Positions 12,091-22,277 of a stretch of 64,000 nucleotides of DNA are shown in pieces. The first letter of the stretch is position 1; every line of letters begins with the position of its first letter. The DNA lies in the NCBI GenBank assembly GCA_025594325.1, contig JANHCV010000002.1, positions 744,001 through 808,000 of the forward strand. Reading direction: 5' to 3'. The notes beneath the pieces were generated by a model that worked only from the letters and a program-made list of their open reading frames with translations, was not told the DNA's origin and made no database searches. The translations under genes and the position numbers were made by a program. The stretch is from Blastocladiella emersonii ATCC 22665 (taxonomy: Eukaryota > Fungi > Blastocladiomycota).

Positions 12091-13580
12091 ATGAATCCAA
12101 TGAAACGTGGCGGCAAACGCGGTCGCGGCCGCGGCAAATCTTCCCGTCCTGCGTCTGCTCCCTCTCAGGCCGTGCAACCGCCGACGGACGCCCCCGCCGC
12201 GCCCACCGCGCCCGCCGCGCCCGCCGTTATCGAGGACTTGCCCACCCCCGACGAGTACCGTTGGGCTGGCAGCGGCAAGGTTGTCCCGCGCATCCTGACT
12301 GCCGACGAGCTCTTCCGCGATACCGTCCTTCCTGGGATCGCCGCTCGCTACAAGACGCGCGAGGAGATCCTCGAGGTCATCCAAAAGCTTGCCGAGAGCG
12401 CCAAGCAGTGCCATGCCGAGGCGAATAGCGTCCTTCGCCATTACGAGCGGCTCCACGGTGCTCATGCGACCGATTCGCTCCTCACTTCCCGCAAGCCTAT
12501 CGAGGCCGTGTTCCGCGCTGTCCTCGACTCTGACTCGAAAACTAGCCCCGAGCGGATCTCGGACAACCGGCTTCGAGCTGCCGTCGTCGCGCACCGCCGA
12601 TTCGGCCTGCTTCCGCCTCTCTATCGCCCCGAGGGCTCGGACGAGTTTTACCTTGACGTTGCTGACGCGCTCTTTCGCCTCGTCTGCGACGTTGCTGAGC
12701 GCAAGCTCCCGGAATACTTTGAGCAGCTCGATGCGGACCTGATGCGCCATTTCATTCCGAAGTTCCAGGACACGGTTTGCCAAAAGCTTCAGCAAAAGTA
12801 CAAGGACGCTGGCATCAAGTACGTCGAAGAGAGCATCGCGCTGGAGGAGACGAGGACCATGCTTTTGGATGCCACGACGAACCAGCGTTCCGTCGACGTG
12901 GTCAAACGCCTCAAGCATCCCTTGATGCAATGAAACCTCTTCAAGTTATCGCTGTTCTTCCTGGACTCATCAGCGCTTACATCAAGTCCGGCGCCTTGCC
13001 TCAAGGTTACCAATACCCCACGCTCGTGCCTGACGACGAGTTGATCGGCTCCAGGACCATGCTCAATTGCGACGCTTTCCACGATCTCTTCGTCGATGGC
13101 ACGCTTCCCACCTCGCGGCTTCCGCCTGCTCCGCCTCGTCCCACGCTTGCGATCGAGGCCCTGATCGGGTCCGAGCGCAGACCGCCGGCAGCCATCGGCG
13201 CCATCAAGTCGCTCGACGTGCAGCGGGTTGAGGCGTGGCTCCGCGCTGGCATCGCTCTTGGACTCGAAAAGTGGGACACGGTGCTCCGCGTCAAGGACCA
13301 CTTTCTTAAGCCCGAGCACGTGTGGACGCTGGAACCGGCGGACGAATCGGGGGCGAACACCACTCGCCGCCGTCGCTGGTTTGTCGGCCCAATTTTCGCG
13401 ATCGAGGGCAAGTTTTGCATCTTTGGCTACGAGGGCGGGGTCCGGCCGACCGACGACACATTCATTCTTCCACCCGAGGACCTCCAAGCGATCGTTGCCC
13501 GCATTGACGAGTGGCGCGCGCACGAGGACCAGCTCTCGCAGCAGCTCAAGTCCCTGTCGATTCGGTCGCGGCGCCGCTAG
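12091..13580 (+). pseudogene. Unknown-family paralog 1, split into ORFs 12091-12933 and 12930-13580 by a 1-bp frameshift (pseudogene, sequencing error or recoded gene)
   Basis: The two ORFs align consecutively with the intact paralog at 13827-15455. Adding one C to CATCCC (12916-12921) gives ...VVKRLKHPLDAMKPLQV..., matching EEVKRMLAHNYVPNRPLL in paralog 2. Confidence 0.7.
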
Positions 13581-13826
13581 CGCTGTTGTTTCCTCGGCGT
13601 TCGTACCCTTGAATCGTGGTCGCCGTTAGCGATAAACGGCTTTTGTGTTGTATGCTATCAATAAATACCCAGCGGAGGGAACGGGGTTGACGTCTGCTGT
13701 GAGACATGAGACGCGTCGATGAATCATGTGAGGGATACTCCAAAATTGAAACTCCGTGAGTGGCCTCAATCGAGCCACCACGATCCCATCTCTCCCCTCC
13801 GCAATCACACACCACCACGTAAACCA

Positions 13827-15455
13827 ATGAATGACTCCGTGAAACGTGTTGGCAAGAAGCGCAGGGCGACGCTTCCGCCGTTGGATCCGCCCGCGGCGCT
13901 CGCCGGCGACGAGGTCCTTCCCACGGCGGAGGACTACCGCCGCGTCGGGACCGGCGAGCTCGTATCCGTGGTCCGATCCGCTTCGGCTTACTTCCGCAAC
14001 ACGATGAAGCCCGGCATCGCTGCTCGCTACACGAACAGCGCCGAGTACGGGCCGCTCTTTGACAAGCTCAACGAGGCGGCCAAGCAGCTCCGCCACGAGG
14101 TCTCCAACGTCTTCCACCACTATCAGCGCATATTCAGCACCAAGGAGCTTGCCCTTCTCCTCGAGTCTTGGGAGCGCGTCGAGCTGACTTTCCGCGCGCT
14201 CACCGACGACTACTTTCTCACCAACTTCAATCGGGTCCAAGACCACCGCATCCGCGCCGCCATCGTTGCTCACCTCCGTTTCGGCAACCAAGGTTCGATG
14301 TTTCGCCCACCCGGATCCGCGACCTACTTTCGCGACGTTGCCCACAACTATTTTAAAATGACGGGCGTGGCCGCTGCAAAAAATCGAGACGCGTACATTG
14401 ACGAGCTTGCCGCGGCCATGACGAATCGCGAGCTTGGGCTTCCGGGTTCGGACTCTAAGGTCAGCCAGCACGAACGGAACAAGGTTTTCGATGCCAAGAT
14501 TGAAGAGGTCAAGCGCATGCTCGCGCACAATTATGTCCCGAACCGGCCGCTGCTTGCCCTTGCTGCCTTCCCCACGATTCGAAAGCGCTTGATTCGCGAG
14601 GGTGTGCTTACCGAAGCCAACAAGTACCCGACGATTTTCCTCCGCAATCACGAGTTTGGCCCCTTCATCATCCTCACGTTCGATGCGTTTTGCGACCTCT
14701 TCATCATTGGCCAGCGCCCGCACCGCGAGCTTCCGCCCGTCATGCCGCTGCAGACTGACGCCGTGGCTGCGCTTATCGGGCTCAACGGCGCGCCGCCCGC
14801 GCCCATTGAACGCATCCGCGCGCAGGACGTCGATCAGGCCGAGGCGTGGCTCCGTGCCAGCGTCGAGCACGGTCTTGCAACGTGGGACGACATGCTCAGC
14901 GTGTACTACTACTTTGTCCGCCCGAAATGGCTCTGGCAGCAGCCGCTGAAAGCGCAGTCGAAGAAGGAACCGCGTCCGCTGCGTTTCGGCGCCAACTTCT
15001 TCAAGGTCTTCTACGAGAATCACCGCGTGTGCCTGTACTCTTACCAAAAGGGCGTCCCGGCCAGCGACGCGTACCTCTCGATGCTCTCCCAAAACGACAT
15101 GAAGGCTCTCACCATCCGCATCCACGAGTACTACCAGCACCAGATCCAGCTCGTGCGGCAGTTCGAGGCCATGACCCTGCAGCAGCGAAGTCTTGGTCCT
15201 GCTTACGGACACGGTACTGGGTACTACAACGGAGTGTACTACGGACCCGACCATGGCGGTCTCGGGGCCGCCGGGACCTTTGCCTATCCGGGATACGATG
15301 CAGCCTACTACGGCGGTGATTACGATGCCCATGCGGACCAGCAGGACGCTTACTACGCACGCGAGTTCGCTCCGTCAGCAGCGCATGCGCAGCACCCGCC
15401 GTCACACGTCCCCGCGGGCGCTTCGCCTGTTCCCTGGCACTACGCGAACGAGTGA
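13827..15455 (+). CDS. Unknown-family paralog 2 (intact, 542 aa; basic N-terminus, Tyr/Gly-rich C-terminal tail)
   Basis: Long intronless ORF with a globular-looking composition, homologous along its length to both flanking copies. No known domain recognised. Confidence 0.8.
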   Translation: MNDSVKRVGKKRRATLPPLDPPAALAGDEVLPTAEDYRRVGTGELVSVVRSASAYFRNTMKPGIAARYTNSAEYGPLFDKLNEAAKQLRHEVSNVFHHYQRIFSTKELALLLESWERVELTFRALTDDYFLTNFNRVQDHRIRAAIVAHLRFGNQGSMFRPPGSATYFRDVAHNYFKMTGVAAAKNRDAYIDELAAAMTNRELGLPGSDSKVSQHERNKVFDAKIEEVKRMLAHNYVPNRPLLALAAFPTIRKRLIREGVLTEANKYPTIFLRNHEFGPFIILTFDAFCDLFIIGQRPHRELPPVMPLQTDAVAALIGLNGAPPAPIERIRAQDVDQAEAWLRASVEHGLATWDDMLSVYYYFVRPKWLWQQPLKAQSKKEPRPLRFGANFFKVFYENHRVCLYSYQKGVPASDAYLSMLSQNDMKALTIRIHEYYQHQIQLVRQFEAMTLQQRSLGPAYGHGTGYYNGVYYGPDHGGLGAAGTFAYPGYDAAYYGGDYDAHADQQDAYYAREFAPSAAHAQHPPSHVPAGASPVPWHYANE

Positions 15456-15812
15456 TATAGTTTGGTCGCGCCGCGATCTCATGCTGAATTCTTGCAATCA
15501 ATATAGCCCAGTAGTTTGAAGTGGCATCCCAAATCACGCACTCGTCCGTATCCGTGACGAAGTATTCGCATTTGCCTGTCAAGAGAGGGAGTTATTGGTG
15601 GTTAGTAAACTCAAAGTGATTGCACGAGCTGACGGCGGACGCGTCGGGAGATCATGTGAGTGTCAGCTGATCGCATCAGGCCACGATCATGATGCGTGCG
15701 GGCGCACGTTGCCTGCTAGTGCAGGATTCAGGAATGCGCGGCCTCGATGTAAGCATTTTTTCAGCTCCTTTGACTTCTCCCTTGGCTAGTATCCGCGGCA
15801 AAATCGAATCCA

Positions 15813-17204
15813 ATGTCCGCGCCCGCCTCCGCCAAACGGCCGCGCGGCGAAGCGCGCGCCAAGGCCAGGAGAAACGAGCAGTCTATTCCAGTCGAACACC
15901 TCGTAGAGGCGGCGCAGACATGCCGGGTTGAATCTACGCGTGTCCCTCACGAATACGGTGAGTGCAACGGTCTTTATCAGCTCGCCGCGTTTCTCGAGTC
16001 GCAGAAGAACGTGGTCACCGTCTTTTATGCCGTCGCAAACCCCGCAATGGCAGCTGACCCTGAAAACAGCAAGGTTCGCAAACTTCGTGCAGCAGTCATT
16101 GCCTGCTGGCTCACGCACGCACCTGAACCAATTTTCTATCCTGTCGGGTCGGGCACGCTATATCGCGAGCTGGCCGAGCACTACTTCGGCATCGACACGG
16201 CAAACGCTGCCCGCGTGTCCAAAGGGTTTCTTCCGTATCTGGCCGAAGACTTGACCATCGGTGCGATCAAGCTCAAGGACAGGGTCTACCAGGACTACAC
16301 ACAGTAGCATGCTACGCCCGACATGACCGAGGACGAGCGTGCTATGCTCGAGCACGAGGCTGGCCAACAGCTGTACGAACAGATCAATGAGCAACTCGCT
16401 CTTGACATCAAGCGGCGCCTCGGACGCGACACCAACCGCCCGCACCAGGTTCTCGCGAGCTTGCCGGAAATCATTGAGTCGGCCGAGTGGCAGAGGCTTC
16501 TTCCAACGGGTTATCGCAGCCCTGCGCTTCTTCCAACTGCGGACGAAATCGGCCCGCACGTTCTATTCACGCAGCAGGCACTGCTCAAGATTTTTCGTGC
16601 TAGTTTCCGCCAGACGCCGTTAGCACTGCCTCCTGCGCCGACCTCGGCCAAACCTTGTGTCACTTCTATTGCAGCTGCAGCGACAAAGTACACGGACCCA
16701 ACGGTGAGTCGCGTCGGGTCAACAATCAAGCGCACAGTGATCAAAGAAATGGGGCCATCGACTCAACGTACCGGCCCAGCGACTCGACCGGGACCGCCTT
16801 CGGTCGTCACTGTCAAGGTCATCGCGCCACCGACCTTGACAAAGGCCGAACCGTGGCCTGTCCTCGCTGTCGCGCGCAAACCTGCGCCGAATCTGGTCGG
16901 AGGGCACAGTGCTCAACACGTTTCTCTTCAGCATGAATCAACGGCAATGTGCGGCCCATCAAGTGGTGAGCGCGTCGGCCCAAGCTACCCTCGTGCCGTT
17001 GCTGTCCCCGTTGGCGGCAAAATTGGGCACAACAGTACCGTGCTTGACGAGATCCCTCACTTCGGATGTATTCAGCTCAAGGACTCGGGTCCACTGGAAC
17101 GGTCCAAGGAGGAGCCTGAGCCACACGATCCCAACGCTAGCTACTCGACCCCATGGCTCGACGTTGCGACGAACACGTCCGGTCCAGGGACGGTCTCGTG
17201 CTGA
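15813..17204 (+). pseudogene. Unknown-family paralog 3, interrupted by an in-frame TAG (16305-16307); N-terminally shortened with a degenerate C-terminus
   Basis: ORFs 15813-16307 and 16323-17204 share one frame. The motifs LVEAAQTC, FLESQK, KLRAAVIA, FYPVGS and NRPHQVLASLP..EIGP align with paralogs 1 and 2. Confidence 0.65.
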
Positions 17205-17434
17205 TCCTGATTTTGAATATAATGCCCGCGTTCTACTTCACTTGATGGTTGGCGATAGTCTCTCATCGTGTGCGAGACGCGTCGCGGTATCAGGTGAGTG
17301 GCGCAACGCGTGTTTTCGCCCTCTCCATCCCGCGATCGCAGCCTGCTTCGAGTTTCGTGGCACTCGTTGAGCTCTCGGATGCATCGGATAAGCTCCCCTC
17401 TCTCTCGCTGATCGCCATCTCCGCGGACTCCCCA

Positions 17435-17516
17435 TGCTGTAGGTAGCAGGACCAGAAGCCTGATGGACCAGTGAGCTGTGATGCTCGAGTGCGGGGGAGT
17501 GCTGTAGGTAGCAGGA
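17435..17516 (+). repeat. 17-bp direct repeat pair TGCTGTAGGTAGCAGGA
   Basis: Identical copies at 17435-17451 and 17500-17516. Confidence 0.9.
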
Positions 17517-17987
17517 ACGTCATGGCGGATCCGTTTTGTCCACTCTCACATCATAGCACCCCAGCGATCTTTTAGGCCAGCTCACGCGACAAGCGTGGCA
17601 AGCACGGCACTCGTTGCATTTTGACCCTCACGATCCGGCCCGGTGAGTTCATGACCGCGATGGCGAGCTGGGTGAGCGTAAGCAGCGCGGTTGGGCGAGC
17701 ATTACGCCACAGCCGAGTGCCGACGGATTCTCGGCCGGCTCGCGTCATCCCGCGTGCGCACGTGCGCGCGACCCGACGGTTTCTCGCGTCGCGTTTCGTC
17801 AGCCGGCGTGTCTCCCACTTTTCGCAGGCGGCGTTCGCCTCGCTTCGCGCGCGCGTCCCCTGACGAACGGACGGATCGGGTGCTGCTCGCGCGAGAGTAT
17901 AAAGCGAGCCGCTCCCCGCGCTCTGCCCTCGGCCGTCCCTCACCCCAGTCTCGACTCACCTCTTGCACACCCTACGCAATCAACACC

Positions 17988-18669
17988 ATGGTTACCAAGG
18001 CCAAGATCGCCATCATCACGTACTCGACGTACGGGCACATCTTCACCCTCGCCGAGGCGGTCAAGGCGGGCGTCGAGTCGTCGGGCCACGCCGAGGCGAC
18101 CATCTTCCGGGTCGCCGAGACGCTGTCCAAGGAGATCCTGGACAAGATGCACGCGCCCGAGCCCAAGGACTACCCGGTGGCGACGGCCGAGACGCTCAAG
18201 GAGCACGACGGGTTCCTGTTCGGCTTCCCGACGCGCTTCGGGATCCTTCCCGCGCAGTTCAAGGCCTTCATGGACTCGACGGGCGGCCTGTGGAGCAGCG
18301 GCGCCCTCGCCGGCAAGCCCGTCGGCACCTTCTTCTCCACGGCCTCGCAGCACGGCGGCCAGGAGACGACGGCGCTCACGGCGCTCCCCTTTTTCGCGCA
18401 CCACGGCCTGGTACCTCATCTTCTTTGCTAGCAAGCCGTGAGCGGTCGCCTAACATCCCGCGAACGCCCAGATCTACGTCCCGCTCGGGTTCGCCAACAC
18501 GCACCTGTTCGACGTGTCGGAGGTGGTCGGCGGGTCGGCGTGGGGCGCCGGCACGGTCGCGGGCGGCGACGGGTCGCGCCAGCCCTCGGACAAGGAGAAG
18601 GAGATTGCCGGCACCCAGGGCAAGAACTTTGCCACCATTGCCGCCAAGCTCAAGAACGCCGTCCTCTAA
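17988..18669 (+). CDS. WrbA/flavodoxin-like NAD(P)H:quinone oxidoreductase (Pst2/Ycp4 family)
   Basis: [10 protein letters not shown] loop, GFPTRFG and [12 protein letters not shown] motifs; intron 18411-18471; TATAAA at 17898. Confidence 0.93.
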
Positions 18670-18876
18670 GGCGACGCGGCGCGACGGTGCGACGGTGTGC
18701 GTGACGGAGTGCGCGACGCGCGTGTCTCGATGGTCTCCTGACCTCCTCTTCTACTGTGAATACATATCCCCCCTCTGCATACCGCACGCGTGTTCGATGG
18801 TGGTAGTGGTACTGATGCGATATTCAAAAACGATGACGAGCGGCAAACACGTGGGGATAGCGGCGAGACATGTCGC

Positions 18877-20783
18877 TTAGACCTTGACCGCGTCCTCCTC
18901 GCTCGACGAAGACGCCTCGCCGGCCGTGGGCGACGCGGGCGCGGGCGTCGCGATGGCGGTCTGGAGCAGCGACGGGTTGGATCCCGCGACAAGCTCGGCC
19001 GCGGTCGCGCCGGCCGCCGCAGACGACGACGTGGTGGTCGTGGAGGTCTGGAACGTGCGGCGCTGGCGCAGCGAGTCGGCCGAGGGCGCGGTGCGGACGG
19101 CCGTGGTGGTGGTGGTGGTCGTCGTCGCCTTGGCGGCGGTGGTGGCCGACGAGCGCGGGCCAAGGACGGTCGCGTCGTCGTCCTGCTGCGGCTGGGGCTG
19201 CTGGCTCGGGGTAGCGCGGCGCGGCGGGATGGCGGCGGGCGCCGGGGCGGCCGCGGCGTAGGTATCGCGCGTCTGATGAGCGGCGGCGCGGTGGCGGCGA
19301 TGGTGGTGGTTACCGCCGTCCTCGTCGTCGCTGCTGCTGCTCGAGGACGAAGACCGGTCGTCGCCGTCGTCGTCCGAGCCCGACTCGGAGCCCGTGGCAT
19401 GCTCCTCATCGTCATCGTAGTCCTCCTCGTCATCGTCGTCCTCGTCCTCCTCGAGCACCTCGACGGTGATCTTCTTGCCAATGACGACGCGCCACACGGC
19501 GAGGCCGATGATGACCTCCCAGACCATGAGGAGGCCGACGCCGATCGAGGCCGAGGTGAAGAACCAGTGGTACATGAGGTAGCGCAGGCCGTAGAACTGG
19601 GCGTCGACGCGCAGGGTCGCGGCGTAGACGTGGGCGGGCGCCGACAGGCGGACGACGGCGTGGGCGAGCGCGCGGTCGGCCTCGGACACGATGGTCGTCA
19701 GTGTGCGCGGGCGGCGGGGCTCGGCGGCGGCAGGAGTCGCAGCGTTGTCCGAGGCGGGCGCAGCAGCGGCGGGCAGCGAGACGGTGACGGTGGTGGGCGG
19801 GGGCGTGGGCACGTTGTTGGGGTCCATGCGGTGGGCGAAGCGCCAGTGCTCGACGGCGGACGCGTAGGCGCGCAGGGCGGCGGGCGGGATGCCCTTGTTG
19901 GCGGTGTTGACGGCGTCGGTGACGGCGGCCACGTCGAGGGGCTCCTCAGCCGCGGCATCGTCGGCGGCAGCGACGTTCGATGACGACGACGAGGTGGACG
20001 AAGAGGAGAGGGGCCACCACGAGCTACCAGCGGCACCCGAGTTGGATCCGGCAGCCGCGGCGGCGGCAGCGAGAGCAGCAGCCGAGGTCTCGGCGCCGAA
20101 CGGGCGGCCGAGGCCGTAGGGCAGGGGCGCGACGGGGGCGGGGCTCAGGACGCCCGAGAGGAGCGGGACGTGCACGGTCTGGACCTGCGGCACGTAGCCG
20201 AAGACGGTCGGGAGGGCCCAGAAGAGCGTGGTGAGGGTGTTGGCGAGGCTCGAGACGTAGGTCAAGGTGACGGGCTGGGCGGCCCAGTAGAGGGGCTGGG
20301 CGTGCGGCGACAGCAGGGTCAGCGAGGCGGCAAAGGTGCCGAGGTCAAGGTTGTGGGGCGAGGCCGGGAAGCGCAGGACGAGCGACAGGTCGTAGGGCTG
20401 GTTGGAGGAGAGCAGGGCGGGGACGGGCCCGTCGGGCAGGCTGGCGAGCAGGACGTGGCCGGCGAGGGTGCGGTTGACGGCGGCGACGAGCGGCACGTCC
20501 TGCACGAAGCCGACCTGCGGCACGTAGAGCGAGTAGAAGCCGGCATACGCGAGGACGGCGCCGATGAAGAGCAGCGCGAACAGCGCCGCGAACACGAGCG
20601 ACTTGAGCACGAAGCGGTGCGTCTTGGGCGCGGCCAGGAACGCTACGGGTGAAGGGTGGGGTGATGAGCGACGCGCCCTCGTAACCGTGTCCAAGCACAC
20701 CAAGTACCGTGCAGCGACTGGTAGTGCGGCTCCACAAAGGAGAGCACGGGCGCGAAGACGAACAGGACTGCGTCGCGCAGCAT
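18877..20783 (-). CDS. Seipin (lipid droplet biogenesis protein)
   Basis: Two TM segments flank a lumenal domain with SPHNLDLGTF and AQFYGLRYLMYHWFFTSASIGV (seipin C-terminal signature); acidic tail; intron 20643-20707. Confidence 0.85.
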
Positions 20784-21195
20784 GGTGGCGATCGGTCGGT
20801 CGGTCGAGGTGGGCGCCTCGTAGGTGTTGATGCGTGTGCTACGTGGTAGGGCGAGGCAGGCCCGATCGCTGAGGGTTGAGGGCGAGAGGGGAGAGGGAGA
20901 GAGAAGGGGACGACGACGGGCAGGGCGCCAGGGCAGGGAGGGTGGCGGCGGCGGGCGCAGCAGCCAGCGCAGCAGCAGGTCGCCCGAAACGGAGCCACGC
21001 CGCTGGCCCCATGCGGCGGCCGTGTCGTCATCGCCGAGGTCGCGCGCTTTTCAGCTGCAGCGGCCACGCGACGCGTTCATCGACGCGTGAGCCAGTGCAT
21101 CACCCTCCGCGTGAAGGTCCCGAGCGAGCCGAGCTCTCTCCAACCTGAACCTCGACCTCGTACTCCACACGTAGCTCATGCAATCCAACAGCAAG

Positions 21196-22212
21196 ATGTC
21201 GCCGCCCACCCGCTCCGCCGTCCGCGCCGCGCTCAAGGCGCGCCTGCCCGTAATCGCGGCGCCCATGTTCCTGGTGTCGGGCCCGGCGCTCGTCACGGCG
21301 ACGTGCCGCGCGGGCGTCGTCGGCACCTTCCCGACGCTCAACGCGCGCACCGACGAGGAGCTTGACGCGTGGCTGGCCGACATCTCGGCCAACCTCAGGG
21401 CCGCGCCGTCGGCGGCCGCGTTCGGCGTCAACCTGATCGTGCACAAGACCAACCCGCGCCTGCGCGCGCATCTCGCCCTCGTCGTCAAGCACCGCGTGCC
21501 CGTGGTCATCACCAGCCTCGGCGCCGTGCGCGAGGTGATCGACGCTGTCCACAGCTACGGCGGCATCGTGCTGCACGACGTGATCAACCTGCGCCACGCC
21601 GAGAAGGCCGTGGCGGCTGGCGTCGACGGCCTGATCGCCGTGTGCGCCGGGGCCGGCGGCCACGCGGGCGCCGCGTCGCCGTTCGCGCTCGTGCCGCAGC
21701 TGCGCGCGCGGTTCGGCGACAGCGTGCTGCTGGTCGCGGGCGGCGCCATCTCGGACGGCGCCACCGTGCGCGCCGCGCAGACGCTCGGCGCCGACCTCGC
21801 CTACATGGGCACGCGGTTCATCGCCACGCGCGAGTCCATGGCCGACGACGGCTACAAGCGCATGCTGACCACGGCCAAGGAGGGGCCCGCGCCCTCGTTC
21901 CTCCCGACCGTCTACACGGACAAGGTCTCGGGCGTGTACGCCAACTTCCTGCGCGACTCGCTCGTCCAGGCCGGCGTCGATCCCGACAAGCTCGCCGCCG
22001 CCGCCCACGTCGAGGAGGATTTCTCCAAGATGTCCGCCAGCGAGAGCCGCGCATGGAAGGATATCTGGTCCGCGGGCCACGGCGTCCTCAACATCCACGA
22101 CACGCTGCCCACCCAAGAGCTCGTCGACCGCCTCGCGCAAGAGTACGAGGCCGCTGTGCGCGACGAGCGGACCCGGCTTGCGCAGTGGACTGCGCCTGCG
22201 GCCAAGCTCTAA
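21196..22212 (+). CDS. Nitronate monooxygenase / 2-nitropropane dioxygenase family flavoprotein
   Basis: PVIAAPMFLVS, FGVNLIVH, GAGGHAG, AGGAISDG, AYMGTRFIAT and WKDIWSAGHGV motifs; intronless. An alternative start lies at 21178. Confidence 0.9.
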   Translation: MSPPTRSAVRAALKARLPVIAAPMFLVSGPALVTATCRAGVVGTFPTLNARTDEELDAWLADISANLRAAPSAAAFGVNLIVHKTNPRLRAHLALVVKHRVPVVITSLGAVREVIDAVHSYGGIVLHDVINLRHAEKAVAAGVDGLIAVCAGAGGHAGAASPFALVPQLRARFGDSVLLVAGGAISDGATVRAAQTLGADLAYMGTRFIATRESMADDGYKRMLTTAKEGPAPSFLPTVYTDKVSGVYANFLRDSLVQAGVDPDKLAAAAHVEEDFSKMSASESRAWKDIWSAGHGVLNIHDTLPTQELVDRLAQEYEAAVRDERTRLAQWTAPAAKL

Positions 22213-22277
22213 ACTCGTCCGCTCATTCTTACTGAACTAAATGCACACACAATGAATTATATCGTAACGAACACGGT

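Noticed and set aside
12860-12945. An intron as the explanation for the ORF A/B split
   Set aside because: There is no donor matching the GTACG/GTGCG/GTATG type used elsewhere. Homology with paralogs 2 and 3 is continuous across the junction and needs only a 1-bp correction.
11700-17600. Transposon or prophage-like element carrying the paralog island
   Set aside because: No transposase, RT, tyrosine recombinase, capsid, TIR or LTR pair, or target-site duplication could be recognised at either end.
5772-22212. Nitrogen/detoxification metabolic gene cluster (urea amidolyase, WrbA, NMO)
   Set aside because: The genes are separated by unrelated loci (orphan island, seipin), with no shared pathway, cluster-specific regulator or transporter visible.
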